Shown: piece by piece, positions 8,487 to 18,653 of the stretch
Layout: each line of letters begins with the position of its first letter
Position numbering within the stretch: position 1 is the first letter of the stretch
Assembly (NCBI GenBank): GCA_018378955.1
Contig: JAGZWL010000001.1
Span: 1 to 47,461, forward strand
Direction: 5' to 3'
Length of the DNA: 47,461 bases
Source of the DNA: Atopobium sp.
GTDB taxonomy: Bacteria > Actinomycetota > Coriobacteriia > Coriobacteriales > Atopobiaceae
Position numbers and translations under genes: made by a program
Notes under the pieces: generated by a model
The model's input: only the letters and a program-made list of their open reading frames with translations
Database searches by the model: none
What the model was told of the DNA's origin: nothing

Positions 8487-9603
8487 TGACTTTGAAAACC
8501 GTATTGGTTCGGTCTTTGGCGCCGCACCTCAGGGATACGCAGAGCCCTTCTCTTTTAAGAAGCTTGCCAAACGCGCAGCTAAAGAGATGGAACGTGAGAC
8601 GTATGAAATCGACGGTGTAGACACTGCACCTGCCCTGTATACCGTTTTAGTTGCTCCTCAAGACGATTCACTGATGCGTCCTCTTTATGCTGATCTAACT
8701 GCAGAGGTTTCTGACTTTGTGGCTGCTCAGGCTCAGCAAAAAGATTATGTATTTGTAGGCCAGCCACTTGTTCGTTTTATGGTTGACCCTTCTTTGAAGC
8801 CTGGAAAATTTGCTGTCTTTGCAGAAAATGTTGACGGCAATACGCTTGACCAGCTGCGCAATGAAGAGCGCGCGTTCTTGGGCGGAAACTCCAGCGTTGG
8901 AGGAGCTGCAGCTCAAATGCCTCAGCAGCGCAATTCTCACGCCGCTGTTCAGCCAGAACCACAGCCAGAGCCAGACCCAGACCCTCTGTCCGTGGTCCGT
9001 CCTGTTGCCGCAGAAAATGCAACTCCAGAGGTTTTAGGAGACCTTGCTGGTACAGACGCTGGTCTTGCGGTAATGCCACCAGATTTTGTTGAGGCTCAAG
9101 GCGCAATTCCTGTTGTTTCCGCAGCTGAGTCCACTCCTATGCCTGTTCTTCCTAGCTCAAACGGACTTCCAGACCTGCCCGTAAACGGAGCTATCCCAAC
9201 AGCAGCTCCTGTTCCTATGACTCAGCGTCGTATCACGCCTTCCCTTGATGCCCAATTAAACGGCGTGGGCGGTCGTTCTTCTCGCAATCTGCAGGGCACG
9301 CCACGCGCAAACATGGATGCTACCTGCATTTTGATTGATCGCCAGAGCGGTCGTTCGTATCGCGTCGAGGCTCCTCGTGCCATTATTGGTCGCGAGCGCT
9401 CTCAGGCAGACGTTGTTTTGCGCGATCCTAACGTTTCAAGACGTCACGCCGAGATGACCTATGACGGTCACGATTGGCATATTGCTGATTTGCACTCCAC
9501 TAACGGAACGCTTGTCAACGATATCGACGTAGATGAGGTAATTCTGCGCGACGGAGACCTCATTACCATTGGTCTTATGGACCTTCAGTTCCGGGAGAAC
9601 TAA
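8473..9603 (+). CDS. fhaA: FhaA-type protein (N-terminal DUF3662-like domain, Pro-rich linker, C-terminal FHA)
   Basis: FHA motifs IIGR...VSRRHA...STNGT; position in the actinobacterial fhaA-fhaB-pstP cluster. Confidence 0.88.
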   Translation: MSFLSDFENRIGSVFGAAPQGYAEPFSFKKLAKRAAKEMERETYEIDGVDTAPALYTVLVAPQDDSLMRPLYADLTAEVSDFVAAQAQQKDYVFVGQPLVRFMVDPSLKPGKFAVFAENVDGNTLDQLRNEERAFLGGNSSVGGAAAQMPQQRNSHAAVQPEPQPEPDPDPLSVVRPVAAENATPEVLGDLAGTDAGLAVMPPDFVEAQGAIPVVSAAESTPMPVLPSSNGLPDLPVNGAIPTAAPVPMTQRRITPSLDAQLNGVGGRSSRNLQGTPRANMDATCILIDRQSGRSYRVEAPRAIIGRERSQADVVLRDPNVSRRHAEMTYDGHDWHIADLHSTNGTLVNDIDVDEVILRDGDLITIGLMDLQFREN

Positions 9604-10016
9604 TGATTGATCTGATTCTCTTTGCAGGACGCGTTCTGCTTGTTGTCCTGCTGTACATCTTCCTGTTCTCAGTCATGCGTACGGGCATTGGTCTTGTCCG
9701 CGGACAGCGCAAAGACGGAGCTATTTGGTCCGTTGATGTCGAGAAGGGCGTCAAGTCCTTACGTGGTCTGCACGTAGATATCTTGGGACCCGTTGTTATT
9801 GGACGCTCCCCTTCTTCTGACATTGTGATTGACGAACCTTACGTTTCTGCATCACATGCCCGCTTTACCATCCAGGGACCCGCTCTGGTGCTTGAAGACC
9901 TTGGTTCCACAAACGGAACTATGGTTAATGGTCACATCATCGAACAGCCTGTTACGCTTCGCGACACAGACGAAGTCCAGGTCGGCGATGTGATTATGCG
10001 TGTTGGACGTCGATAA
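9603..10016 (+). CDS. fhaB: FhaB/FipA-type membrane-anchored FHA protein
   Basis: N-terminal TM, IGRS...VSASHA...GSTNGT; 1-nt overlap with fhaA. Confidence 0.88.
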   Translation: MIDLILFAGRVLLVVLLYIFLFSVMRTGIGLVRGQRKDGAIWSVDVEKGVKSLRGLHVDILGPVVIGRSPSSDIVIDEPYVSASHARFTIQGPALVLEDLGSTNGTMVNGHIIEQPVTLRDTDEVQVGDVIMRVGRR

Positions 10017-10023
10017 GAGGCTC

Positions 10024-11283
10024 ATGGTTTCTTCTGATACAACACATATTTCTGATACACCTGCACAAGAGCCCATCAGCGCTCCTGGTCGTTGCGAGCT
10101 GCCACTTGATGGCCGAGGCGACGCAGAAGCAGTTTCAGGTTCTAACACCTTTATTTCTTGGGGCGCCCGCTCTGACGTGGGATTAGTTCGCGAGCACAAC
10201 GAAGACTCATTCCTTTTGCGTACCCCTCTCTTTGCTATCTGTGACGGTATGGGTGGTCATGCTGCTGGTGAGGTAGCAAGCTCTATTGCCGTTAAGGTCA
10301 TTGCTGAGCAGGCGCCAAGTACCGCAGACGATGTTCGTCTTGGCGCTGCAATTGAGGCTGCTAACCAGGAAGTTATTGACGCTCCTGCCAAGGGCATTGG
10401 CAAACCAGGCATGGGTTCTACCGCCTCAGCCGTTCTCATTGAGGGCAATCAGATGGCTGTTGCCCATGTTGGCGACTCTCGTATTTACCTGCTTCATCAC
10501 GGAACTTTGGTCCGCATTACTCACGACCACAGCTACGTTGAGGAACTCATTGATTCTGGCCAGATTACCGCTGATGAGGCGCGTACACACCCTTCTCGCT
10601 CCGTAGTTACGCGAGCTCTTGGCTCTGATCCAGACATGTATGCAGATCATTTCTCGCTTGAAGTATCTGATGGTGACCGCATCATCTTGTGTTCTGATGG
10701 CCTTTCTGGCATGGTGCCCGACGACGAGATTGAATCCATTGCGGTCTCTAACGTCACGCCGCAAAAGGCCGCAGATAATCTTGTTTCTGCAGCTCTTACT
10801 TATGGCGGATCTGACAATATCACCGTTATTGTCATTGATGTCTTAGACGACGGTATAGCCGATCAAACCAGACGTCACCTTACCCGTGGCGTCATTGCAA
10901 CGTTTATCTCGTTTCTTGCGCTCTTTGCTGCCACTGTTGCCGTGTTCTTCCTGTTTGTAAGTAGCGAGTGGTACTTAGGAATTAACGGAACTACCGTTGG
11001 CGTTTATCGAGGTATTCCTACAACAATCGCCGGCATAAACATGTCTTCGCTTGTTGAGACTACGTCTATTGAAATAAAAGATTTGCCTGACGCAGTTCAA
11101 GACTCACTAGCCGAAGGAATCCGCGTCAAAAACGAGGATGAAGCGCATAGTACCGTCGAGAATTACCGCAAACAAATTGATGACGCCAACACTAAAGCGG
11201 TCAAAAAGAAAGAAGACGCTCAGTCTGGCGGAACGCCCACAACAGAAACAACAACGTCAACAACAAGTTCGGGAGGTGAGTAG
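10024..11283 (+). CDS. PP2C-family Ser/Thr phosphatase with a TM anchor (PstP/Stp1)
   Basis: REHNED, DGMGGH, HVGDSR, LCSDGL, GGSDNIT; C-terminal TM; ATG 10024 after AAGAGG. Confidence 0.93.
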   Translation: MVSSDTTHISDTPAQEPISAPGRCELPLDGRGDAEAVSGSNTFISWGARSDVGLVREHNEDSFLLRTPLFAICDGMGGHAAGEVASSIAVKVIAEQAPSTADDVRLGAAIEAANQEVIDAPAKGIGKPGMGSTASAVLIEGNQMAVAHVGDSRIYLLHHGTLVRITHDHSYVEELIDSGQITADEARTHPSRSVVTRALGSDPDMYADHFSLEVSDGDRIILCSDGLSGMVPDDEIESIAVSNVTPQKAADNLVSAALTYGGSDNITVIVIDVLDDGIADQTRRHLTRGVIATFISFLALFAATVAVFFLFVSSEWYLGINGTTVGVYRGIPTTIAGINMSSLVETTSIEIKDLPDAVQDSLAEGIRVKNEDEAHSTVENYRKQIDDANTKAVKKKEDAQSGGTPTTETTTSTTSSGGE

Positions 11284-11285
11284 GA

Positions 11286-14150
11286 ATGGAAAAAGCAGGT
11301 GGACTAAGGCGTAATACAGAGCTCTTCTTACTATTTGCAGGAGCAATTCCCGTATTTCTCCTGTACGCCATGTACATGATTACTGCTCGCTCAACACTCA
11401 GCCTTGAGACTATGGCCGTTCCTATTGGTCTCTTTGCAGCATTTACTGTGGCTCACATTGCTATTAGGTTCCTTGCTCCCGCAGCAGACCCCGCCATTCT
11501 CCCCATTGTGTTTGTACTTTCGGGAATTGGCATCACCATGGTCACCAGACTTGCGCCAAATCTTGCAGTTAATCAGACCATTTGGCTCTTCATCTCTGTT
11601 GTTGTGATGATTGTGGTGCTGGCAGTCATTAGAAACCTTGACGCGTTAGCGCGCTACAAATACTCCATTGGTATTCTCGGCGTCATACTGCTTCTTCTGC
11701 CAATTGTTATTGGCCAGGATCGCTACGGCGCAAAACTCTGGATTTCTTTTGGCGCATTTACCTTCCAGCCTGGCGAGCTTGCAAAGATTGCCATTACGCT
11801 CTTCCTGGCGTTTTATCTTGCACTGAATCGAGAAGCCCTATCGGTCTCCATGCGTTCTTTTGGACCTTTCCGCATTCCTCGTTTCAAAATGCTGCTGCCC
11901 TTGTTTGTCATGTGGGGCATTAGCCTGATTGTTGTTATTTTTGAACGCGACCTTGGTAGTGCACTGCTCTTCTTCGTGTTCTTTGTCATCATGCTCTATG
12001 TAGCAACAGGTCGCGCCAGCTACGTTTTTGTCAGTATTGCGCTCTTGGCTATTGGCGGCGTGGTGCTTTACCACTTCTTTGGTCACGTTCAGACTCGTGT
12101 CAACATTTGGCTTGATCCGTTCAAAGATCCCGCTGGAGACGGCTACCAAATTGTCCAGTCCCTCTATTCCATCGCAGATGGAGGTCTTGCTGGCACCGGA
12201 ATTGATAAGGGAATGCCTACGCTGATCCCTATTGTTGAGTCTGACTTTATTTTCTCGGCCATTGCAGAAGAGATGGGACTCTTTGGCGGAGCAGCAATCA
12301 TTACCTTGTTCCTGCTCCTTACCGTGCGCGGCCTCGCAACAGCCGCTCGTGCAAAGTCCGATTCATCTGCTTTTGCGGCTGCTGGTCTTACCAGTGTTTT
12401 GGCGTTCCAAACCTTCCTTATTGTTGCAGGCGTTACTAAGCTGATGCCTCTAACTGGTGTCACCTTGCCTTTTATGAGTCAGGGCGGCAGCTCTCTTCTT
12501 TCCAGCTTTATCATTGTTGCCCTGCTGCTCAGAGCAGGTGACGAGGGAACTGGTCGCGAAACAGAGCTTGAGCCAAGTAAAAAGGTACTCGATTCCCAAA
12601 GACTCGAAATTTCTTCTGGAGGAGCTCACGCCTCCTCTGTCCTACATGGCAGCCACATCCGTGGAGGCTTTGGTCTGCAGTCTGAGGAGTCCGGTGTTCT
12701 GGGACGTGTTGCTCTCGGAAAACGTCTGACCAATTTGGTTACCGTATTTACCCTCTTCTTCACCGTTCTTCTCGGCAACTTGACCTTCTTGATGGTCATT
12801 GACGCTCCTAGACTTCAGGCGCTTCCTACCAACAACCACACCATTGCTAGGAGTGCGTACGTTCAGCGCGGCGCCATCATGACTTCTGACGGCGTCACCC
12901 TGGCAGAGAGCGTCAAGCAAGACGACGGCACCTACGTGCGCAACTATCCACACGACGGCATGGCTTCTCACACTGTTGGCTACATCTCTACCCAGTACGG
13001 AACTGCGGGTATCGAGTCCTCTATGAACGAGACACTCACCGGACACGCAGATCATTCCGACTGGAGAAGCGCTCTGTACTCGATGGCTGGTGTCAATACC
13101 GCTGGTTCAAGCGTTGTCCTGACCATCAATTCCCAGATGCAGGCCGTGGCAGAAGCTGCGCTCCAGGGCTACTCGGGCTCTATTGTTGTCATGGACCCTG
13201 CTACCGGAGCTGTACTTGCAAAGGCTTCTAGCCCTTCGTATACCCACGCTGAACTGGGCACCATTATCGAATCCGGCACTGGCAGTCAGCTGGTCGACAG
13301 AACTACCCAGGCGCTCTACTCCCCTGGTTCGTCGTTTAAGACCATTACGCTTTCTGCTGGAATTGACACGCATACTACCACGCTGGACACCACCTATTCA
13401 GCTCCAGGAACTATGGAGCTTGGCGGTGGAACCATCCACAACTACGCCAACGAGGACATGGGCACTATTCCTCTACGTGAGGCATTTGCTCGCTCTTCTA
13501 ACACGGCGTTGGCGCAGCTTGGCGTAGCACTTGGCGCAGACAACCTAGTCAGCTATGCACGTGCCTTTGGTTATGGCACCGCACTTGGTCAGGACTTCTC
13601 CACTACACCATCGTTGATGCCAAATCCTGCCGAGATGACCACCTGGGAGCTTGGCTGGGCATCCTGCGGTCTTCCTGTTGGAGAGCATGCAAGCCCTGCA
13701 GGTCCTCAGACCACCGTCATGCAAAACGCTGTTGTTGCGGCTGCAATTGCTAACGGCGGCGTGGTCATGAACCCTTACATCGTTGATCGCGTTCTCTCGC
13801 CAGAGGGAGCTGTTGTTTCTACAACGTCACCAAAATCGCTTGGACAGGCAGTGTCTGCGGATACCGCTGCACAGGTCCGAGAGGCAATGTTGGGCGTTGT
13901 TGAATCCGGCACTGGTATGGGAGCTCGCGTTCCGGGTGTCAAGATTGCAGGTAAAACAGGTACGGCAGACGTCGAGAACGGCAACTTTAACTCGTTCTTC
14001 ATCGGTTTTGCGCCTTACGACCACCCAACCCTTGTTGTTTCTGTTGTCATCGAAGGCAACGGCGAGAACGTTTTAGGTTACGGTGCTCAAGTTGGCGGAC
14101 GTGTTCTTGCGCAGTGCCTGAACATCCAGGCTTTGGGAGCTGCTTCGTAG
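11286..14150 (+). CDS. Fused RodA/FtsW (SEDS glycosyltransferase) - class B PBP transpeptidase (PbpA)
   Basis: SEDS motifs [33 protein letters not shown]; then a TM and transpeptidase motifs SSFK, SSN, KTG; one uninterrupted 954-aa ORF. Confidence 0.93.
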   Translation: MEKAGGLRRNTELFLLFAGAIPVFLLYAMYMITARSTLSLETMAVPIGLFAAFTVAHIAIRFLAPAADPAILPIVFVLSGIGITMVTRLAPNLAVNQTIWLFISVVVMIVVLAVIRNLDALARYKYSIGILGVILLLLPIVIGQDRYGAKLWISFGAFTFQPGELAKIAITLFLAFYLALNREALSVSMRSFGPFRIPRFKMLLPLFVMWGISLIVVIFERDLGSALLFFVFFVIMLYVATGRASYVFVSIALLAIGGVVLYHFFGHVQTRVNIWLDPFKDPAGDGYQIVQSLYSIADGGLAGTGIDKGMPTLIPIVESDFIFSAIAEEMGLFGGAAIITLFLLLTVRGLATAARAKSDSSAFAAAGLTSVLAFQTFLIVAGVTKLMPLTGVTLPFMSQGGSSLLSSFIIVALLLRAGDEGTGRETELEPSKKVLDSQRLEISSGGAHASSVLHGSHIRGGFGLQSEESGVLGRVALGKRLTNLVTVFTLFFTVLLGNLTFLMVIDAPRLQALPTNNHTIARSAYVQRGAIMTSDGVTLAESVKQDDGTYVRNYPHDGMASHTVGYISTQYGTAGIESSMNETLTGHADHSDWRSALYSMAGVNTAGSSVVLTINSQMQAVAEAALQGYSGSIVVMDPATGAVLAKASSPSYTHAELGTIIESGTGSQLVDRTTQALYSPGSSFKTITLSAGIDTHTTTLDTTYSAPGTMELGGGTIHNYANEDMGTIPLREAFARSSNTALAQLGVALGADNLVSYARAFGYGTALGQDFSTTPSLMPNPAEMTTWELGWASCGLPVGEHASPAGPQTTVMQNAVVAAAIANGGVVMNPYIVDRVLSPEGAVVSTTSPKSLGQAVSADTAAQVREAMLGVVESGTGMGARVPGVKIAGKTGTADVENGNFNSFFIGFAPYDHPTLVVSVVIEGNGENVLGYGAQVGGRVLAQCLNIQALGAAS

Positions 14151-14250
14151 CGCCTAAAACACCGCACGGTCTTCTCCCCAAGTAGTTGGGTGTGTTCTAA
14201 GATAGTAAGTGACGTGGCGAGAAAATCGCACGCTTGATAGGAGTTGAGTT

Positions 14251-16176
14251 ATGCCAGGTAGAATGCTCAGTGGGCGTTACCAGGTTCAAGACAAAATTGG
14301 TACCGGTGGAATGGCCACCGTTTACCGCGGACAGGACCAGGTTCTTGGTCGTACTGTTGCCATCAAGATGATGCTGCCGCAGTACGCAAACGATCCTTCC
14401 TTTGCTGCCCGTTTTAAGCAGGAGGCTCAGGCTGCAGCGGCGCTCTCCAGTCCTTATATTGTCTCGATATACGACTGGGGTAAGGATGGCGAGTCCTACT
14501 ACATTGTCATGGAGTATCTGCGTGGTACAGACCTTAAGAGTGGCATCCGCAAACATGGAGCCCTTGATTCCCGTAAGGTGGCTCAGATTGGCTCTCAGAT
14601 TGCTCAGGCGTTGTCTGTAGCACACCGTCACGACATCATTCACCGTGACATCAAGCCACAGAACATCATGGTCCAGCCAGATGGCAACATCAAGGTCATG
14701 GACTTTGGCATTGCTCGTGCAAAGAACAGCAGTCTAACCACCGATAACTCTGTTCTTGGCACCGCCCATTACGTTTCTCCAGAGCAGAGTACGGGCAAGC
14801 CTTTGGGACCAACCACCGATATCTATTCCCTAGGCATTGTCATGTACGAGGCTGCAACTGGCCGCGTTCCCTTTGTTGGTGACGACGCTATCAGCGTTGC
14901 TATGAAGCAGGTCAACGAAGCTCCTCAGCCACCATCGCTGATCAACCCCAACGTTGACCCCGCACTCGAGGCAATCATTCTTCGTTGCATGGAGAAAAAC
15001 CCGGCTGACCGTTATCAGAGTGCTGATGAGCTTGCTCGTGCGCTGCGCGATTTCATTGCTGGCCGCGCCACTATTCCAAGCAACACCACCGTGAGCCCCC
15101 GCATTGTGACACCACCTCAGCCAACTTCCAGACTTGATCGCCGTGGCATTGACGGCTCCAACACCTACATCACGCGCGGTGGCGACACTGGTCGCTTGAA
15201 CCGCGTCCATTCTCGCGAAGAGGCTGATGAGCTGGACAAGCGCGAGAATAAGCGTCACAAGCGCAACGTTATTCTCGGCGTTTTAGGCGCTTTAGTTGTC
15301 CTGGCTCTTGCGGGCTTTGCTATTGCACAGATGCTCGGCAACTCTTCCCAGCAGTATCTGGTTCCACAGTTTGTTGGTCAGACAAAAGACCAGGCAACTC
15401 AGGTGCTAAATGCTTCTGGCAGCCACTTTAAGCTGGGAACTGTTACAGAAAGCTATAGCGATTCTGCTCCTGAAGGTCAGGTCATTGACCAGACTCCAAG
15501 TGCTAATAGACAGGCCGCTGAAGGAACTGCTATCAATCTTGTTGTTTCTAAGGGCGCCAAACCTGCTGCGGCAGTTAAGGTACCTGACCTCACTAATAAG
15601 AGTCCATCAGAGGCTGAGTCCGCTCTTGCTGCTGTTGGCCTCAAGGCAAGAAATGGCGATTCAGTTGAGTCGGACGACGTTACCGTTGGTTACGTTGCAA
15701 CTCAAGAACCAGCTGCAGGTAGCGATGCCAAAGCTGGCGATACCATCACCTATCACCTGTCTTCTGGCAAGGGTAAGGCAGATGTTCCAGACGTCACGGA
15801 GATGACTGCCGAGCGTGCATCTGATGTCCTGAAAGATGCAGGCTTCAAGGTAGATACTCAGCAGCAGCCTTCGTCGAGCGTGCCTGAGGGCCGCGTTATC
15901 TCCCAGTCTCCAGCTAACGGCAAGGCAGATAAGGGCTCTACCGTAACGATCGTTGTTTCGTCTGGCGCCCAAAGCGGATCTGTTCCAAGTGTTGTTGGCA
16001 AGGACTTTGAGACGGCTCAAACCACGCTTGAGAACGCGGGCTTCCAGGTCAATACCGTCTGGGTATACGACGACAATGTCGCAACCGGTAACGTAGTTGG
16101 ACAGACGCCATCAAGCGCTGCACCTGGTGCTACGATCACCATCCGCGTCTCCAGCGGACCTCGCCCATCAGCGTAA
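14251..16176 (+). CDS. pknB: PASTA-domain Ser/Thr kinase
   Basis: GTGGMATVY, HRDIKPQN, DFGIAR, GTAHYVSPEQ, TM and four PASTA repeats (VPQFVG, VPDLTN, VPDVTE, VPSVVG). Confidence 0.95.
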   Translation: MPGRMLSGRYQVQDKIGTGGMATVYRGQDQVLGRTVAIKMMLPQYANDPSFAARFKQEAQAAAALSSPYIVSIYDWGKDGESYYIVMEYLRGTDLKSGIRKHGALDSRKVAQIGSQIAQALSVAHRHDIIHRDIKPQNIMVQPDGNIKVMDFGIARAKNSSLTTDNSVLGTAHYVSPEQSTGKPLGPTTDIYSLGIVMYEAATGRVPFVGDDAISVAMKQVNEAPQPPSLINPNVDPALEAIILRCMEKNPADRYQSADELARALRDFIAGRATIPSNTTVSPRIVTPPQPTSRLDRRGIDGSNTYITRGGDTGRLNRVHSREEADELDKRENKRHKRNVILGVLGALVVLALAGFAIAQMLGNSSQQYLVPQFVGQTKDQATQVLNASGSHFKLGTVTESYSDSAPEGQVIDQTPSANRQAAEGTAINLVVSKGAKPAAAVKVPDLTNKSPSEAESALAAVGLKARNGDSVESDDVTVGYVATQEPAAGSDAKAGDTITYHLSSGKGKADVPDVTEMTAERASDVLKDAGFKVDTQQQPSSSVPEGRVISQSPANGKADKGSTVTIVVSSGAQSGSVPSVVGKDFETAQTTLENAGFQVNTVWVYDDNVATGNVVGQTPSSAAPGATITIRVSSGPRPSA

Positions 16177-16233
16177 TCGCTGCGGCGTGCAATGTGCGGC
16201 TCCAAGCGCGCAATGAGCACAACTAGTACGTTC

Positions 16234-16268
16234 AAGCCCTGCAACCGTGTTTGGTTGCAGGGCTTTTT
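16234..16268 (+). terminator. Terminator of the kinase/fha operon
   Basis: AAGCCCTGCAACC-GTGTTT-GGTTGCAGGGCTT followed by TTT. Confidence 0.88.
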
Positions 16269-16459
16269 GCTGCCACAGAAATCGTTCGACAGCGGCACGT
16301 GGCGTCGCCGGAACCGGCGAAGCAAGCGCTTCAGCGCTGCGAGCGTTTTATTGCCGCGATTATCACGAGTGTCTCCAGCAACAAAACATCTTCGAATGAC
16401 CAAGGCTTACTTGCATCATTTTTCGGAATACAGCCGATCGGATGCATTTGCTGATGGCC

Positions 16460-16592
16460 GAACACACCTATGTCGGATAATCTGTCAAAAAGACGTATAC
16501 ATGACGCTAAAAATAGCTAAAGCATGCAGATTATCTTCATTAGGTGTGTAATATGTCCGCAATTGAGCAGAATATCTGACATAGGTGTGTTC
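16460..16592. repeat. 133-bp element bounded by ~29-bp imperfect inverted repeats, with a third internal copy
   Basis: GAACACACCTATGTCGGATAATCTGTCAA (16460-16488) versus TTGAGCAGAATATCTGACATAGGTGTGTTC (16563-16592); internal CAGATTATC...TAGGTGTGT at 16527-16549. Confidence 0.75.
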
Positions 16593-16835
16593 CTTAGGTG
16601 CGGAATTTACCTATAGTTAAATCTTTTATACGACGCTATTCATTTTCTAGCATATTAGGTTAAGTTTATGCATAGAAATGTATATCAAGTAGCGAGGCTT
16701 TCTAATTGTCAGACATTGAGTCCAGTCGTCCGATTATCTTGAGTAGAAACATGACAGTTCTTCAGCGAGGCGCGGCTAAGCTGCGCTATTTTGTACGCCA
16801 AACCTAAAAGCCGACGCTGACACGCCGTAACAAAG

Positions 16836-16864
16836 AAAAACCGGCAGCGCAAAGCTGCCGGTTT
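16836..16864 (-). terminator. Terminator downstream of tRNA-Arg(CCT)
   Basis: AAACCGGCAGC-GCAAA-GCTGCCGGTTT with an A run on the left (U run on the minus strand). Confidence 0.8.
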
Positions 16865-16872
16865 GAAATCAA

Positions 16873-16948
16873 TGGTGCCCCCGGGCCGATTCGAACGGCC
16901 GACACCCGCTTTAGGAGAGCGGTGCTCTATCCCCTGAGCTACGAAGGC
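16873..16948 (-). tRNA. tRNA-Arg(CCT)
   Basis: Reverse complement GCCTTCGTAGCTCAGGGGATAGAGCA-CCGCT-CTCCTAA-AGCGG...GTTCGAATC...GGGGGCACCA. Confidence 0.96.
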
Positions 16949-17068
16949 ATGTGGGATATTCTACTCACGTAGGCTCGCGTACGCAAATCTTGCTAGCAAG
17001 CTAGCAACTGCGTGACGAGAAGTGCTGTGCGCTCGGCATCGCTTGCGGCGCCAGCAGCAGAGCTGCTG

Positions 17069-17695
17069 CTACTTACGACGAGCCTTGCGCTCGGCCCTCT
17101 TTCTGTCATACTCAGCCTGACGCTCGAGGTAGAAGTCATTGAGCTTCTTATCGGTCATGCCAGCAACCTTAGCCTCGATCTTCTTACGAAGAGGACGCAT
17201 CTTAAAGAAGCTATAGACGACCGAACCAAAGATGCAGAAGTAAGCAAAGACCAGCATGATGGCAGAAATCATACCAACGCCAGTGTTCAAATCCCTAGAC
17301 TCAGGAACCATATAAGAAAGCACCAGCGTAATGATGGTTGCCACAAAGCCAAGGCCCAGGAAGACCCACCAAACGCGCTCGGCACGATGGTAGTCTGGAT
17401 CTGCGCGCAGCATTGCTTCAAATCCGCGACTACGAATATCCTCGCGCTCGCGCTGGCGAGCACGTGCAGCACGCTTCTCCTCTTTGCTCTTTGGAGCACT
17501 GGAGCCAGAGCCGGAGCCACTCACACGTACAGACGCAGCTGCCTCTCTCACTGGTTTAGCAGTAGCAGCAGATTTGCGACCAAAAGCGGAATACGAAGGA
17601 CGCTCAGTCTCCTCAGAGGTTTCTTTCTTTGAAAGGCTTGCGGTAGCCTCACGCGCTTCTTTGGTTGCGCCTGTAATGGTGTCACGCAGTGACAT
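17069..17695 (-). CDS. Hypothetical two-TM membrane protein with basic cytoplasmic ends
   Basis: Two hydrophobic helices; AAGGAG RBS inside the purC 3' end (14-bp overlap). Confidence 0.8.
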   Translation of the reverse strand: MSLRDTITGATKEAREATASLSKKETSEETERPSYSAFGRKSAATAKPVREAAASVRVSGSGSGSSAPKSKEEKRAARARQREREDIRSRGFEAMLRADPDYHRAERVWWVFLGLGFVATIITLVLSYMVPESRDLNTGVGMISAIMLVFAYFCIFGSVVYSFFKMRPLRKKIEAKVAGMTDKKLNDFYLERQAEYDRKRAERKARRK

Positions 17696-18578
17696 TGGTC
17701 TCCTTCAGTGGTACAAACTCAGTTCCCGTAATAATCTGGAATGCCGTACGATAACGCTCGGACGTGCCCTCAATGACCTCTTCTGGAAGATGAGGTGGCT
17801 CTCCTTGCATGTCCCAGTGGGCTTTCAGCCAATCGCGTACATACTGTTTGTCGTAGCTTGGCTGAACGTGTCCCTCAGAATAACCCTCAGCAGGCCAAAA
17901 ACGACTTGAATCAGGTGTAAGGCACTCATCAATAAGTGTAAGTTTTCCGTCGATAAAACCAAACTCAAATTTGGTATCCGCAATAATAATTCCACGAGTT
18001 GCAGCATATTCTGCAGCAGCCTTATAAATTGCAAGCGAGGCTTCCTTCAGCTGAGTAGCAACATCCTCACCAACAATCTCGCAGCAACGCTCAAAGGAGA
18101 TATTCTCGTCATGATCGCCAAGCTCAGCCTTAGTAGAAGGAGTGAAGATTGGCTCAGGAAGTTTAGAGGCCTCAGTCAGACCATCAGGCAGCTTAATGCC
18201 GCAGACGGTACCGTCCTGGTCATAAGTCTTTTTGCCAGAACCAGTAAGGTAACCACGGACAATGCACTCGATTGGCACAGTCTGTGCTTTCTTTACCAGC
18301 ATTGCGCGACCAGCAAGATACTCAGTGTAATCTGTAAACTGCTCAGGAGTCTGATCTGGAAGAACAGAAATCATGTGGTTAGGCAGAAGGTCCTTGAAGC
18401 GATTAAACCAGAAAGCGCTGATACGTGTCAGAATTTCTCCCTTAAAAGGAATCTCGTCAGGGAGAATAAAGTCGAAAGCACTAATGCGATCGCTCGCAAC
18501 CATCAAAAGTTTGTCGCCACAATCGTAGATATCGCGAACCTTACCGTGCGAATCGGGACGAAGCTCAGCTCCAGCCAC
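17682..18578 (-). CDS. purC: SAICAR synthetase
   Basis: GKVRDIY, SDRISAFD, ECIVRGYLTGSG, FTPSTKA, DTKFEFG, DECLTPDSSRFW, DKQYVRDWL; probable GTG start at 18578 after GAGG. Confidence 0.96.
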   Translation of the reverse strand: MAGAELRPDSHGKVRDIYDCGDKLLMVASDRISAFDFILPDEIPFKGEILTRISAFWFNRFKDLLPNHMISVLPDQTPEQFTDYTEYLAGRAMLVKKAQTVPIECIVRGYLTGSGKKTYDQDGTVCGIKLPDGLTEASKLPEPIFTPSTKAELGDHDENISFERCCEIVGEDVATQLKEASLAIYKAAAEYAATRGIIIADTKFEFGFIDGKLTLIDECLTPDSSRFWPAEGYSEGHVQPSYDKQYVRDWLKAHWDMQGEPPHLPEEVIEGTSERYRTAFQIITGTEFVPLKETNVTA

Positions 18579-18653
18579 AATGACCTCACTTCTGCGCAAA
18601 GCGCGTTGTATTGCAGGACCTTTGATTGTACGGCAAAATGCCCAAAAATCGAC

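Noticed and set aside
16192..16551. 119-aa ORF after pknB (and 16251-16454)
   Set aside because: Crosses a strong terminator and the hairpin/repeat cluster, has no clear RBS, and the composition is not protein-like.
16270..16873. Integrated prophage or island at tRNA-Arg(CCT)
   Set aside because: No duplicated tRNA 3' end (att site) and no integrase seen; only the repeat element is reported.
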